The position numbers and the translations under genes are program-made. Below are positions 52,360-63,316 of a stretch of DNA of 64,000 bases, in pieces. The notes under the pieces were generated by a model, which saw only the letters and a program-made list of their open reading frames with translations, searched no databases and was not told the origin of the DNA. The DNA is from Rhizodiscina lignyota (Eukaryota), in assembly GCA_010015805.1 (NCBI GenBank), contig ML978128.1:1116001-1180000 (forward strand), written 5' to 3'. Every line of letters starts with the position of its first letter. Position 1 is the stretch's first letter.

Positions 52360-53805
52360 CTATAACTTTGGTACGGGCTGTGCCGGCTCCACCTTTCCTT
52401 CCTTCTCCTCGCCTTCTCTCCTTTTTGCCTGAAATTCTTTCATCCTCCTCCTTACCTCATCTTCACTGAGGACATCCAACTTGCTCAGGTCCAAGTTCTG
52501 TCTCTCCAACTTCTTGGCAGTAACCCAAGTCCCGCTCGTCTTCACCTCCTCAGGCCTCTCCACAACATCTTTAATGAACTTTCCCCAGCTCTTATAAGCC
52601 ATCTTCGACGCCTCGATCCATTCCATCATCATGATGAAATGGTGTGGGAGCGCCTCATATTGTTCCCACACGACTTTGACGCCTTGCTTGACAGCTTGAC
52701 CAGCGATAACCTTGTTCTCATCTTCGAGCATCTCCTGCCCTAAGAGAAAGAAGATTGGCGGAGCACCAGCCCAAGATTTTGCTGCGAGAGGAGACACAAG
52801 CGGGTGGGACATGGCACTGCCGTCGCAGTATATGTCGACGCGCGGTGGTTTCGTGGGCCAGATGTCACAAGTTGGGAAAGTTTTGTAACGTGAATTTGAT
52901 GGTGGTGGGAGGTAGTCGAATTTAGCGTTAGTTTCGAGAGAGGGAAGACTGCGCGTTACGTCTTCCCAGGGAGAGCTTGTTGCTACTCCAGCTGGTAAAC
53001 GGACGGTTACGTCTTGTCCATAAAACTTCAATGTTTGACCGTTGATATGAAGTAACAGCTGAAGCAGTGCCATGCAGAGATTCCCACCGGCAGAATCTCC
53101 TGTTAGGACAATATTCGAAGGAGAGACAGGTTCATGTAGAGCCCCTGCAGGTGGGCACAAGAGCGCCAGATACGAAACCAGGGCGTCCAAAAGAGCGGCC
53201 GGGAATGGCCCCTGAGGAGAGAGGCGATACCTGACAGAGTAGGTTCGTCCCCCGCTCAAGTTTGCGAGCGTCGATTCCAGACCACGGTGAGTGCAAGGGT
53301 CCATCAAATACATAGCGCCTCCGTGAAAGTAGAGCATAGTAACCTTGCTCTCCACCTCGCCCATAAGATGCTCGTACTTTTCGGATTCAGAAATCGATGG
53401 CTCGGGTGCGTTCTTATCAACATTGCTTCTATAGCCAACCCATTCGGCTTCGACAGGCAGGAGGTCTGGTTTCGTGTATGTCTCGTCTCCCTCTTTCATC
53501 TCTTCGATGACCCTGAAAAGAAGCTGTCGTACGTCGTCTTCTGGTGGTTTCGGCACAGTCACTTTACTGACCCACATATTGCCCTTGATTCCGGGATCTT
53601 TCATGGACAGCTTCTGCATCTTTGAGAGAGGCATTGGATTGGAGCCATCCATGAACGATCGTATAATCGCGATGAGCAGCTCGGTCTGAAGGTCCTGTTT
53701 CGATGCTGTTTCCGACCATCCCAGAGTATGCAGAACAGTCGTTTTAAGGATGAGAGGCATCCTCGGCCCTAGCGTTTTCAACATGGCTGTTGGTGACATA
53801 TCCAT
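52360..53805 (-). CDS. Alpha/beta hydrolase, HSL-like lipase/esterase (Abhydrolase_3)
   Basis: YFHGGA oxyanion motif, YRLSPQGPFPAALLD, GDSAGG nucleophile, HPLVSP. First ATG at 53805; the start is uncertain. The protein ends in -PKL. Confidence 0.88.
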   Translation of the reverse strand: MDMSPTAMLKTLGPRMPLILKTTVLHTLGWSETASKQDLQTELLIAIIRSFMDGSNPMPLSKMQKLSMKDPGIKGNMWVSKVTVPKPPEDDVRQLLFRVIEEMKEGDETYTKPDLLPVEAEWVGYRSNVDKNAPEPSISESEKYEHLMGEVESKVTMLYFHGGAMYLMDPCTHRGLESTLANLSGGRTYSVRYRLSPQGPFPAALLDALVSYLALLCPPAGALHEPVSPSNIVLTGDSAGGNLCMALLQLLLHINGQTLKFYGQDVTVRLPAGVATSSPWEDVTRSLPSLETNAKFDYLPPPSNSRYKTFPTCDIWPTKPPRVDIYCDGSAMSHPLVSPLAAKSWAGAPPIFFLLGQEMLEDENKVIAGQAVKQGVKVVWEQYEALPHHFIMMMEWIEASKMAYKSWGKFIKDVVERPEEVKTSGTWVTAKKLERQNLDLSKLDVLSEDEVRRRMKEFQAKRREGEEKEGKVEPAQPVPKL

Positions 53806-54554
53806 CTTGACGACTGGCTGCGGCAAATCGCTCTACTGGCAGATCTTGTGCAATAAGCTTGAAAGAGTCGAGTCTCTGAGCGCCCAGGATCTAAGCTCTT
53901 GTCCTTTCTAGTCTCAAATATATCTGCTCATTTAAAGATTCGTACAACTGACAGGAATTGAACAAGGGCCTCGTAATGAAGACTAAGGACTCGTGAAGTG
54001 TCTGAGGCTGGGAGAGCGCAGCGAGAAGCATGAACATGAAGCTGAAGCATGGGCAGGCATAACTACTTTATATGTGGCAGCAGGGGCCCATGGACGGGAG
54101 AATTCATGATACCATGACATAGCTCAGCATCCAATCGAACGGCAGGCCAAATCCGGATCCGAGGACAAAGCCACCGATGCAGGGATGGTGTTATAAAAGT
54201 ATATATTTAAATATTGATACTACACAATTTCTGGTACTTCTGGAGTCCAGCACGTTATGAATGAACACCGTGGAGCATTTCCTACACTATAAGTAGCGCT
54301 AAATTACAAGACGACCTGAGTTTGAAAGGTCTCCAGTTGAGGATCATTCAAGTGCTCTGGAGTGAGCGTCTCGCTTAGTCAAGACTGATCGCATCTCAAG
54401 CCGAGGCTCAAGTTGCGCCACTACCCGCCTCCGGATTTCTCTTGCGAGCACGCGCAACGTCACGCCCGTGTATCTCAATTCGCACTTATACAGAGTACAG
54501 TACAGGTGTATGCGCTCCAGGAGTTCTTGCTGAGCTGGTGCGCTCTTCAACAAC

Positions 54555-55827
54555 ATGGCGATCCGTGAGGATCTCGTCAACTCTGCTGTATGCTTCTCCG
54601 CATTCCCATCGTGATATCCAACTGACTTCTGATAGGTCTCATGTATGTGCTTCGGATACTGCTAATGGATGCTTCATGGACTCCTAACAATTGCTTCCAG
54701 TCCTTCAAGACCCCTCTGTCGCAGGCGCCCCGATAGAGAAGCGAATAGCCTTCCTCCAGTCAAAGAACCTCACACAAGAAGAAGTCGATGTGTCATTAGC
54801 CCGAGCAGGAGGCGGCGACGATACTGCAGCTGTTGCGGCACCGACAGCGACAAACCCTCCGTCACATCAATACCGACAACCTCCACCTCCACCAGCCGGG
54901 TATGGATCGTATCCGGGCTACTGGCCGCAGCAACCGCCGCCGCCGCCTGAGTAAGTCACCGTCAACCGGACGCGAAGATGTTTCCAAGAGCTTATATCAA
55001 ATAGAGTGCCGAAACGGGACTGGAGAGACTGGTTCATAATGGCGACTGTCATGGGCGGCGTTGGGTATGGTCTTTACTTCACCGCAAAACGCTATATCAT
55101 CCCTCTTATTGCTCCTCCTACTCCTCCACAACTCGAATCCGATAAAGCGCATGTCGATGCCTCCTTCGAACGTGCATTCGCTCTCCTCGACCAACTCTCC
55201 ACCGATACAGCCACTCTCAAGGACTCCGAAGAACAGCGAACCAGTAAACTCGACGCCGCCCTCCTAGACCTGGAAGAGACTGTGAAGATACTGAAGGACG
55301 CCGACAGAAGACGAGACGATGACGCAAGAAGAACGGCAGATGAAGTGAGAGGGCTGAGAGACCTTATCCCGAAGGCACTTGACGCAAACAAGGAGTCTCA
55401 AGAGAGCAGGCTCCGTGAACTGGGAACCGAACTCAAGAGCCTGAAGACACTGGTCGGAAATCGCATCGGCGGTCCGAGGCCTGGCGAAAGTGCTGTTAAT
55501 GCAGGTGCCCTGCGCTCGCAGTCCAGCTTGTATGGGAACAGTCAGACACAAACGCAGCAGACGAGTCAACCAAATGGCACTCCTGCTTCCACCGCGCAAC
55601 CATCGACGCCGAGCACAGATGTCCCAGCAGGCGGGAGCAGCAGTAGTCCAGCTGCGTCCAATGTTGCTGCCTCGGAGGTGCCACGGACATCAAGTCCATA
55701 TGGCAGACTTACGAATGGGAAGGCAGCGATTCCAGCATGGCAGATGGCGGCTGCCAAGCAGACTCAGGAGGAGAAGAAGGACACAAGTGAGAGCGGGACG
55801 GTTACTGAGACTACAGTTGGAGCTTGA
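54555..55827 (+). CDS. PEX14: Peroxisomal docking factor Pex14; 4 exons including a 7-nt micro-exon
   Basis: Exons 54555-54587, 54636-54642, 54701-54950 and 55005-55827 give MAIREDLVNSA-VSFLQDPSVAGAPIEKRIAFLQSKNLTQEE, RDWRDWFIMATVMGGVGYG, a coiled coil and IPAWQMAA. Confidence 0.95.
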
Positions 55828-57481
55828 AGATGACATGAGAAACTCTTGGAAAGGGAGAAAAGAAGCTTTAGGTTCTATGCCTTTTACCCTTTAGCCCACC
55901 GCGTCTTGCGGTCCTTAAAATCTCTTAATCTTTGCAGCATTCAAGGACATCCAGTCGTTTCATATGAGTGATTATAGGCTCTTATTTTGGTAGCAAAATC
56001 CTACCTCATTTAAAGAAGTTCCGTCTAGATCCATTGGTCTCAAATACAGAACATAATCCTTTACGCATAACTGATACATTTCTTAGCACTGACTTCTGAG
56101 GCATGTTGGATCAGGTGCAGACTATATATTACGACATGTACAAGGACTGACTGGTAGAGCTGATATTGCTGGTAGAAGCTACAGAACGATTGAATGTGTC
56201 CAGCACTAAAGCAAGGCACAGTGGTACATTTGGGCATGGATATGAATAGAGGATAATGGATTCTATCTAGTATTGAGAGGTGCTACGTAACATAGAAACA
56301 TGCCATACCGACTGACCTACTACCGAAGCGCGGGTATCAAGCTCTATTTGACATGATATATCTCAAGATGCTGGGAGGCAGGTCGAGCAAACCGAAGTCC
56401 GCATAGTAGCAAAGAGATGGCTGCGGAATGAGAAACATGGTTCGGAGTCTACAAAATATGAGTATGACAAAAGTGATTGGAGAAAACCACCACTCTCAAT
56501 CAACGACATGGAAAGGGAAAGCGATTTGATAGGGGACAACTAAGCGGATGTGGCTGTCTAGTGGCTCGGCTTCATAATGCCACTCATGCGCGTTCTCGTA
56601 GATAGGTTTGGTTAGTGCGGTGCGTGTGAGAAGAGAGAGTTTCTTGTTCTTCAAAGGAGGTAGATTAATATGTCTAAAGAACGAATTTTCGAGACATTCG
56701 GATATCGAGCATGAGCTTCGAGATATTCTTAAAGCGGCGCTCTCGAAGCTGCTTGCGCCCAAGCAGTTTCAGGTACGGCATGCTTAAGGCCAATGCGGTC
56801 TGGCATAAGGCCCCTAGCTGAATTAAATGGGATTTCCAGGGAACAATCTTGGGATGTAGAGATATTCCGGCAGTTTGGGATATCCAAGGAGGTACAGGTC
56901 TGTAACCAGTCCGTGAAAGTTGCATTCGTCCGAAGTCCTTCCCTTAAGGAGGAAATGTTACGTGGTAGCTCTCATAAAGACGAATTACAGTCCACATTTC
57001 TATGTGCGAACAAGGCTAATGTTGCGAGAGGCAGTGACTTAGACTGATTTGACATCGTCGAAGCACATAGGGAGCAAAGTCCTTGCAAACTTGGAGGGTC
57101 TAAAAATTTGATTCACGTGATCACGCGTTGGCGCTAAATTTGGTGCCTGCGCTTAACCCAATTCGAGCATCTGCCTAACACCTCAACTTACATAAATACT
57201 CTTCGACTTCTTTCTTTGCTTCTCAACAATCCCACACAAACACCACTTCCTCAAGAGCTTCTTCAGTGGTGATTCACTCAAGCTTACTCTCGAAGCGAAG
57301 GGCCATTTCAAAAATCGGCCCTTCAGCGAGAGTATTTCCTTCAAGCGCTCTCCAATTACCTCAAACAAGATCTAAGGGTGTTTCTTTCACCTGTGAGTTC
57401 CAATATTCCTAACTGACCGTGCAAGCATACGCCTGCTATCTCATTTTTATCGTGCAATAAGTTCTCAGAAAATCCCACATC

Positions 57482-58942
57482 ATGGGCTTAGACACCCTTC
57501 CTTTGGAAATTCTCCAATCCGTCACGAATGAGCTCAACACGGTCGAATATGGCAATCTCCGCCTGGTGTGCAAAGCCATTGAAAAGCAATGCTTTGACGA
57601 CTGGGCGAAGGAGTACTTCACCACCAGGCAATTCTCATTGACTCGCTTTAGCCTGCAAGCCCTGGTGGATATCTCATTGGACGTGGCCATAAGTCCATAC
57701 TTGCATCGACTAATCCTGTCCACGGACAATGTGGAACTGAGTGTCCCGTGGCCACCTGCACAAGGCGCCCAGGCGTTGCTGCAGTATGAGCGGTTTATCG
57801 AATACCAGGATGAACAGGTGCACTTTCGCTCTACCGGCGCAGACCACGCAATGCTCATTGACGCCATGCGCCGGCTGAGAAACTGCAAGACGTTGGAGAT
57901 CAGGGACTACTACTCTCGGTTTCAGGGTGGTCGGACGCGCGACAACACTTCGTGGAAGAGCTACGGCGCTACAACATTCCGGAAAGAGGCCGGGCGTGAG
58001 CTGACGTTCGGATCCATACATGGCGTGGAACAGAGGGTGTCGAACGTGTTCGCCGTTGCCATTTCTGCTGCACAAGCGAGCCAGCTTCCTCTGAAGACAT
58101 TCGTTGCCAGCCTACGAGTTCATCATGGTCTACTCAACCTTGCATCAAGCGTCTTCTACATACCCCCAGCGGAGACTGCCTCGTACGCTCGACTTCTGGG
58201 ATCTCTGGAATCCTTTACATTACATGTGGGCATCCACGGAGAAATTACCTCAGGTCCGCATGACCTTTTCATGAGGAAGAAGACCAAGGCTTTCGCCGAC
58301 TTCATGTCGCTCGCGCCGAACCTTCAGAGCCTTCGTTTGAATTGCAACGATGGAACTCCGGCGTCTGCATTCTTCACCGAAATCGGCCCTAGACTACCCC
58401 ATGGAGTGCTGTCATGCCTTGAATTGGGGCGCATGAGGATCACTGAGGATGCGCTCATCACACTCCTCAGCCGCTTCACTGCTCTTCGAGATGTCACATT
58501 CTTCAGGGTTGGCCTGTCTGAGGGTGCTTGGACCTCCCTTCTGGGGGAAGTTTCGTCGAAGCTCGCCAGTCTTCGCTCTCTTCGACTAGTTCACGTCACT
58601 CAAACTGGTGAATATCACCAGCAGAGTAATGTGGTCCCGGTGCGGTTCAACACTTCCGACGCAGAAGTACAAAGCTTCTCTGATCATAGTCTGGTTCCAG
58701 ACTGCACTATCTCCGACAAGTTCGATTTCAAGTCTAAGCTGGACGCCACCATCCCAAGGATAGTGGTGTACGATGATGATTTCCGCAATGCTCACAAAGA
58801 TGCATCCCCGTCTGGGAGTGAGATTTTGGGTAGTGGTGTTGACGGTGATTCGATGGATGATTCGGGAGAGGAAGATTTCTTAGGAGGTGACGGAGGTGAC
58901 GATGACTCAGGAGGTGACGAAGATGACGACTCTGTGTTGTGA
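57482..58942 (+). CDS. F-box domain protein with LRR-like repeats and acidic tail
   Basis: MGLDTLPLEILQSV...NLRLVCKAIE (F-box), LxxLxL repeats (PNLQSLRL, LSCLEL, LRSLRL) and a D-rich C-terminus. Confidence 0.8.
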   Translation: MGLDTLPLEILQSVTNELNTVEYGNLRLVCKAIEKQCFDDWAKEYFTTRQFSLTRFSLQALVDISLDVAISPYLHRLILSTDNVELSVPWPPAQGAQALLQYERFIEYQDEQVHFRSTGADHAMLIDAMRRLRNCKTLEIRDYYSRFQGGRTRDNTSWKSYGATTFRKEAGRELTFGSIHGVEQRVSNVFAVAISAAQASQLPLKTFVASLRVHHGLLNLASSVFYIPPAETASYARLLGSLESFTLHVGIHGEITSGPHDLFMRKKTKAFADFMSLAPNLQSLRLNCNDGTPASAFFTEIGPRLPHGVLSCLELGRMRITEDALITLLSRFTALRDVTFFRVGLSEGAWTSLLGEVSSKLASLRSLRLVHVTQTGEYHQQSNVVPVRFNTSDAEVQSFSDHSLVPDCTISDKFDFKSKLDATIPRIVVYDDDFRNAHKDASPSGSEILGSGVDGDSMDDSGEEDFLGGDGGDDDSGGDEDDDSVL

Positions 58943-59247
58943 AAGCGAGGTTGAAGTAACCAATTTCGAGCATGGCGTTTACGATGATGATGAAACCATC
59001 ACGGCGACGATAACTACATTTGCTTTTCAGAGGTCTTGCACGACGTTTTCGGTTACCCCACGAGGCTGCCGTGATGCTTAAGGGCATTATGTATTCTAGA
59101 TCGGGGAAGGCTTTGCTCACTCCGAGAGAAAGGACTTGATAAACACCTTAGCCAGCTTGGAGCAAATCAACACCCTAAAATTGCCACTGGAATGCAGACC
59201 AATTTATGACTCTTGACACTTCCATTTGATGTAAAACGTGGTGTACG

Positions 59248-61333
59248 TTATATATATCCCTGCCGTCTGGCTTTTCGCGTTGCTGCAGAGCTGGTATACA
59301 TACCAGCCTTCGCGGTTCTCGCTCCAAGACGTAGTAGGCCCGATAAATGATGCACACCAGCTAATACTCCGTCTATCACGACAACATCTTCACCCACAGT
59401 GTCCTCTACAGCTTGTTTCAACTTCGTCATGCCTGCGCACCCCAGCGTAAGAGTATCAGCACCATCTGCGACCAGCTGCTCGGCGACGCCGCACATGATA
59501 CCCATCACCTCCTTCTCGCTCCTCGATTCCAATTCTAGCACGCCCAGCTTGCAGCTCCGCACCCCGGCGCAAAAGCTGTCCAATCCGTATGCCTTTACTG
59601 AGTCTTCGAGAGTATATTTGGCACGATTGGACGTCGCGATGATACCGAATCTTCCACCGAGTGTCCGAGCGGCGTACAGACTTGCTTCCATAATTCCGAC
59701 CACAGGCTGCGACAGCTCCTCTCGAAGCATCTTTGTGAGCGTATGATCGCTGTAGCATGCGACCAAGAATGCGTCGTATTCGTGTGCGATGGGTATTATT
59801 GCGCGTGCGGCAGCAGCAGAAGACATGACATCGTCGAATTTGCCTTCGATAGCAGTAGGACCAGGATATGGACAAGTGAAGCCCACGACTTCGACATCGG
59901 GAGGGAGGGTAGGCTCGACCATCTCGACACACTTGTCCGTCATGAATTTAGTCGCATTGGGATTGCAAAGGAGTATTCGAAACGACTTCCTAATTCATTC
60001 TCATATCAGAACAAGCGCTAAATACAAAGAAACTCAGGCACCAGCGAGAAACGGAAACGGCTTACTTGGGCGCGGTTCCGTTTGTTGCTGCGCCATTCGT
60101 CGCATGTCCATTCGTCGCATGTCCATTCACACCATTCGTCGATGTTGTCTCTAGCATTGGTGGCTCGATGACACCGACCTGGGAGGTGATCCTTCCATAA
60201 TGCTCCAATCGTCGATGGCGCTTAAAATCAAACGTTCGCTCCTTTCCAGGCTTGCAGAGGTCTAGGTCGCATTCTGCTACCACTACCTCATCGCCCATTG
60301 TCTTCGTCTCAGCAATGATCTGTCCTTGTGGGTTCGTAATGCAAGAGTTGGCGATCATGAGGAACTTGCCATCGTCATAACCGCATCGTGCAGCACTAAC
60401 GGAAAAGCAGGAGTTGGTGTACGAGTGTCCTTGCATGCTCAGCTTGTGTTGAAATACCGCCATCTCCTCTGCCTCCTTTGGCGCCTGGTCCTTGGGGCTG
60501 CCCCACATATCGGGAGCCCAACCGGTGGTATTGAAGCCGCAGAGAACAACTTCGACTCCTTGAAGGCCTAGGACACGCCAAGCCTCTGCCCATCTACGGT
60601 CATTGCAGACTAGAATCGAACAGCACATATCAGCCGGCAGCTACACTTGTTGAACGCATAGGTCGAGCAAGATTTACCCAAAGCGCTCAGAGTAAGGGGA
60701 AACAAGGCTGAGACGCTTCTGCAGTTGGACGATAAAGACATAGAGCTGGGCCAAAATCGATATAACGCGTATTGCAGGTTACTTACTCATCATTCCGAAT
60801 ATTGGTTGGCCTTCAAAGTCAGGGACGCGGAAGGCTTCAAATCCCAAGTTACCAGGCTTGAAATACCGCTTCTCGAGCTGATTAATAGCATCTGGGTCCG
60901 GGAATGGCTCGTAGTCTCCAGGCAGATGGACTTTCCGGTATTTAGATAGGACCGCACCGGTCTTTGCGTGGTAGTAAATGCAGGTATTGAAGCAGTCTCC
61001 TCCGTCCTTTGCAAGCACCTTCGTCCCATTGACAGCCTCCGCGTACCCTACACAGATGTCGACGCCAAGCTCTCGTGCCTTATCGAAGATTGGTTTCGTG
61101 TCTGGGTTCGTCGTGACATCGCCGTCCTCGAACCATTTCTCCAGCTCCGCCTCTGGGATCAAGAACCGCGGAAAGAATGTTGTGAATGTAACCTCCGGAA
61201 AGCAAGCAACGTCTGCTCCTTGGGCTGCTGCATCTTCGAGCAGCTTGATGAGTCTGTTGAGCGTCTTCGGCCGCGGATCATTAGAATTAACTGCACCAAC
61301 TTGGCAGGCTGCGAGTTTCAGTATTCTCGTCAT
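59248..61333 (-). CDS. Bifunctional N-carbamoyl-D-amino-acid hydrolase (nitrilase superfamily) / hydantoin racemase fusion; 3 exons, ~610 aa
   Basis: Exons 61333-60787, 60609-60066 and 59989-59248 join in frame. Carbamoylase triad motifs FPEVTFTTFFPR, YRKVHLPG, LEKRYFKPG and MICNDRRWAEAWRVLGLQG; a TNG-repeat linker; racemase motifs RILLCNPNAT..MT, AFLVACYSDH, PVVGIMEAS and LGCAGM (both catalytic Cys). Confidence 0.88.
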
Positions 61334-61771
61334 CTCTTCTGTGTTATCTGGAGGATCTAACACTTCTGGTCTCTTCTCCGAGGGCGACAGTGATAAACTT
61401 AAAGGATATATGATTGCCGTTCAGTAGCCGGAAACGTAACGCTAGTGGAAGGCATTAGACAACATATATCAGACGCAGTTCACGGTTTGGTAACCAACAT
61501 CCTGCGGTTCCTCCATTCCGCGGTCTTCTATCCTATAGGAAGACGAGCTAATAATCTATGCCTATCAAAGACACATCTCTTACGTGGATTTTCTTGGGTT
61601 TTGGGCGGGCCGATAAGATAGGATTGCTAAAGCATGCAACCGTCCCGTGCCGATGTACCGAATTAAGCTATTGGGTCCCAGGAAGAGGATGAGCTGCATC
61701 AAAGGTGATGGGGCTGGTTACTATAAACTCTGCGGCTCTTGGAGGCATGATCTGGTGTGAATTCCGGAACG
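61334..61771. promoter_or_regulatory. Divergent promoter with multiple HGATAR (AreA/Nit2-type) sites
   Basis: 438 bp between the two ATGs. HGATAR at about 61344(-), 61391(+), 61562(-), 61611(+) and 61616(+). TATAAA at about 61722. Confidence 0.55.
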
Positions 61772-63316
61772 ATGGAGGTTGAGCTCCTGGTTAAAAATGC
61801 TACCATAGTAAGAAATCTATTCGCCAGCCCCTAAATCTCCCGAGGCCGGAGCTAACCGTTTCAGGCCACAGCTTCAGATGTCATCCTGGACCAGCAGATC
61901 GCTGTCAAGGATGGAAAGATCTTTCTACTGGGCAAGGATCTCTCGAACATTGTAAACGCAAAATCCACAATTGACGCCTTTGGTGCATATGTGACTCCCG
62001 GTGGTGTCGACTCTCACGTCCATCTCCATCAAGACAACGCTCCGGCAGGGGACAATTTCGAGACAGGAACCCGGTCCGCAATTGCAGGTGGTACGACAAC
62101 AATACTTGCATTCGCATCGCAGAAAAAGACGGATGAAAGTATCATCCCGGTAGTAGAAGAGTACCACCGACGTGCCTCCGGAAATGCGTATTGCGACTAT
62201 GGCTTCCACCTCATCCTGTCCAAACCCAATGCTACCATCTTGGAGAAAGAACTTCCCACTCTGGTCAAGGACGGAGGGATATCCTCAGCAAAACTGTACA
62301 TGACGTATGCTCGACTAAAATTATCGGACTATGAAGTCTTAGACATAATGAACGCAACGAGGAAGTTGGGTATGACTACCATGATCCACGCGGAGAATGG
62401 CGACATGATCGAATTCATTTCCGAGCATCTCGAGAAGCAAAGGATCACTGGACCTTATTCACACGCTTTGAGTCGTCCAGGTATCGTTGAGGATGAGGCA
62501 ACCTACCGAGCGATCTCCCTATCCGAGCTTATGGACATACCACTTCTAATCGTTCACATGTCGCAAAAGACTGCGGCTAGTCATGTTCGCAATGCACAAA
62601 CACGACTCCTTCCCATCCATGCGGAGACGTGTCCGCACTACCTCTACCTTACAAGTACGCGGCTCAAAGATCCTGGCGATTCTGGCTTTGCTGGCGCGAT
62701 GTGCGTGTGCTCTCCTGCTCTACGCGATGATCCGATGGACCTCGAAGCTATGTGGGCGGGCCTGAACAACGGCACTTTCACAACTGTTGCGTCGGACCAT
62801 GCACCTGACAAGTACGACCATCCACAGGGAAAGAAGGCAGGTCTTATTGACGGTAAAGGCCACTTTCGGAAGATCCCTAACGGTTTGCCTGGGCTGGAGA
62901 CGCGCATGCCGCTGCTGTTCAAAGGTGTACTAGATGGCAGGATCAGCATCCAGAAGTTTGTGGAGTTGAATTGCAGCAATCCGGCGAAGCTGTATGGGAT
63001 GAGCGATCGAAAGGGCACCATTGCGCCGGGGATGGATGCAGATCTGGTTATTTGGTATCCGGTCGAGGGGGATAAGAAGATGGGATCGTTCGCGCTGACG
63101 AATGAAATGTTACACCATGACATTGACTATACGCCGTTTGAAGGAACAGAATTTGCGAACTGGCCGAGGTATACGATTTTGAGGGGCAAAATTGTGTGGG
63201 ATCGAGACGGCGTCGGTTTGGCTGGCGTTAAAGGTGATGGACAGTATCTGAAGAGGGGGAGCAGCACGTTAAGCAAGCCTAGAGATATCTGGGTGAATGA
63301 TTGGAGACCTTCGTAA
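61772..63316 (+). CDS. D-hydantoinase / dihydropyrimidinase (cyclic amidohydrolase); 2 exons, ~495 aa
   Basis: Exon 61772-61807 (MEVELLVKNATI), intron 61808-61864, exon 61865-63316. Metal-ligand motifs PGGVDSHVH, SAKLYM, IHAEN, IVHMS and ASDHAP, plus AETCPHYL, PNGLPGLETR and NPAKLYG..KGTIAPGMDAD. Confidence 0.93.

Noticed and set aside
56560..57050. Possible small spliced gene or relic (IEHELRDILKAALSKLL... flanked by AG/GT)
   Set aside because: I could not assemble a coherent start-to-stop model or recognise a family. It needs RNA-seq.
59248..59943. Stand-alone racemase starting at ATG 59943
   Set aside because: It would lack the conserved RILLxNPN strand and has no promoter space. The spliced fusion explains it better.
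60681..60720. TPP riboswitch in the long intron (CTGAGA seen)
   Set aside because: CTGAGA is on the non-coding strand and the rest of the TPP aptamer consensus is absent.
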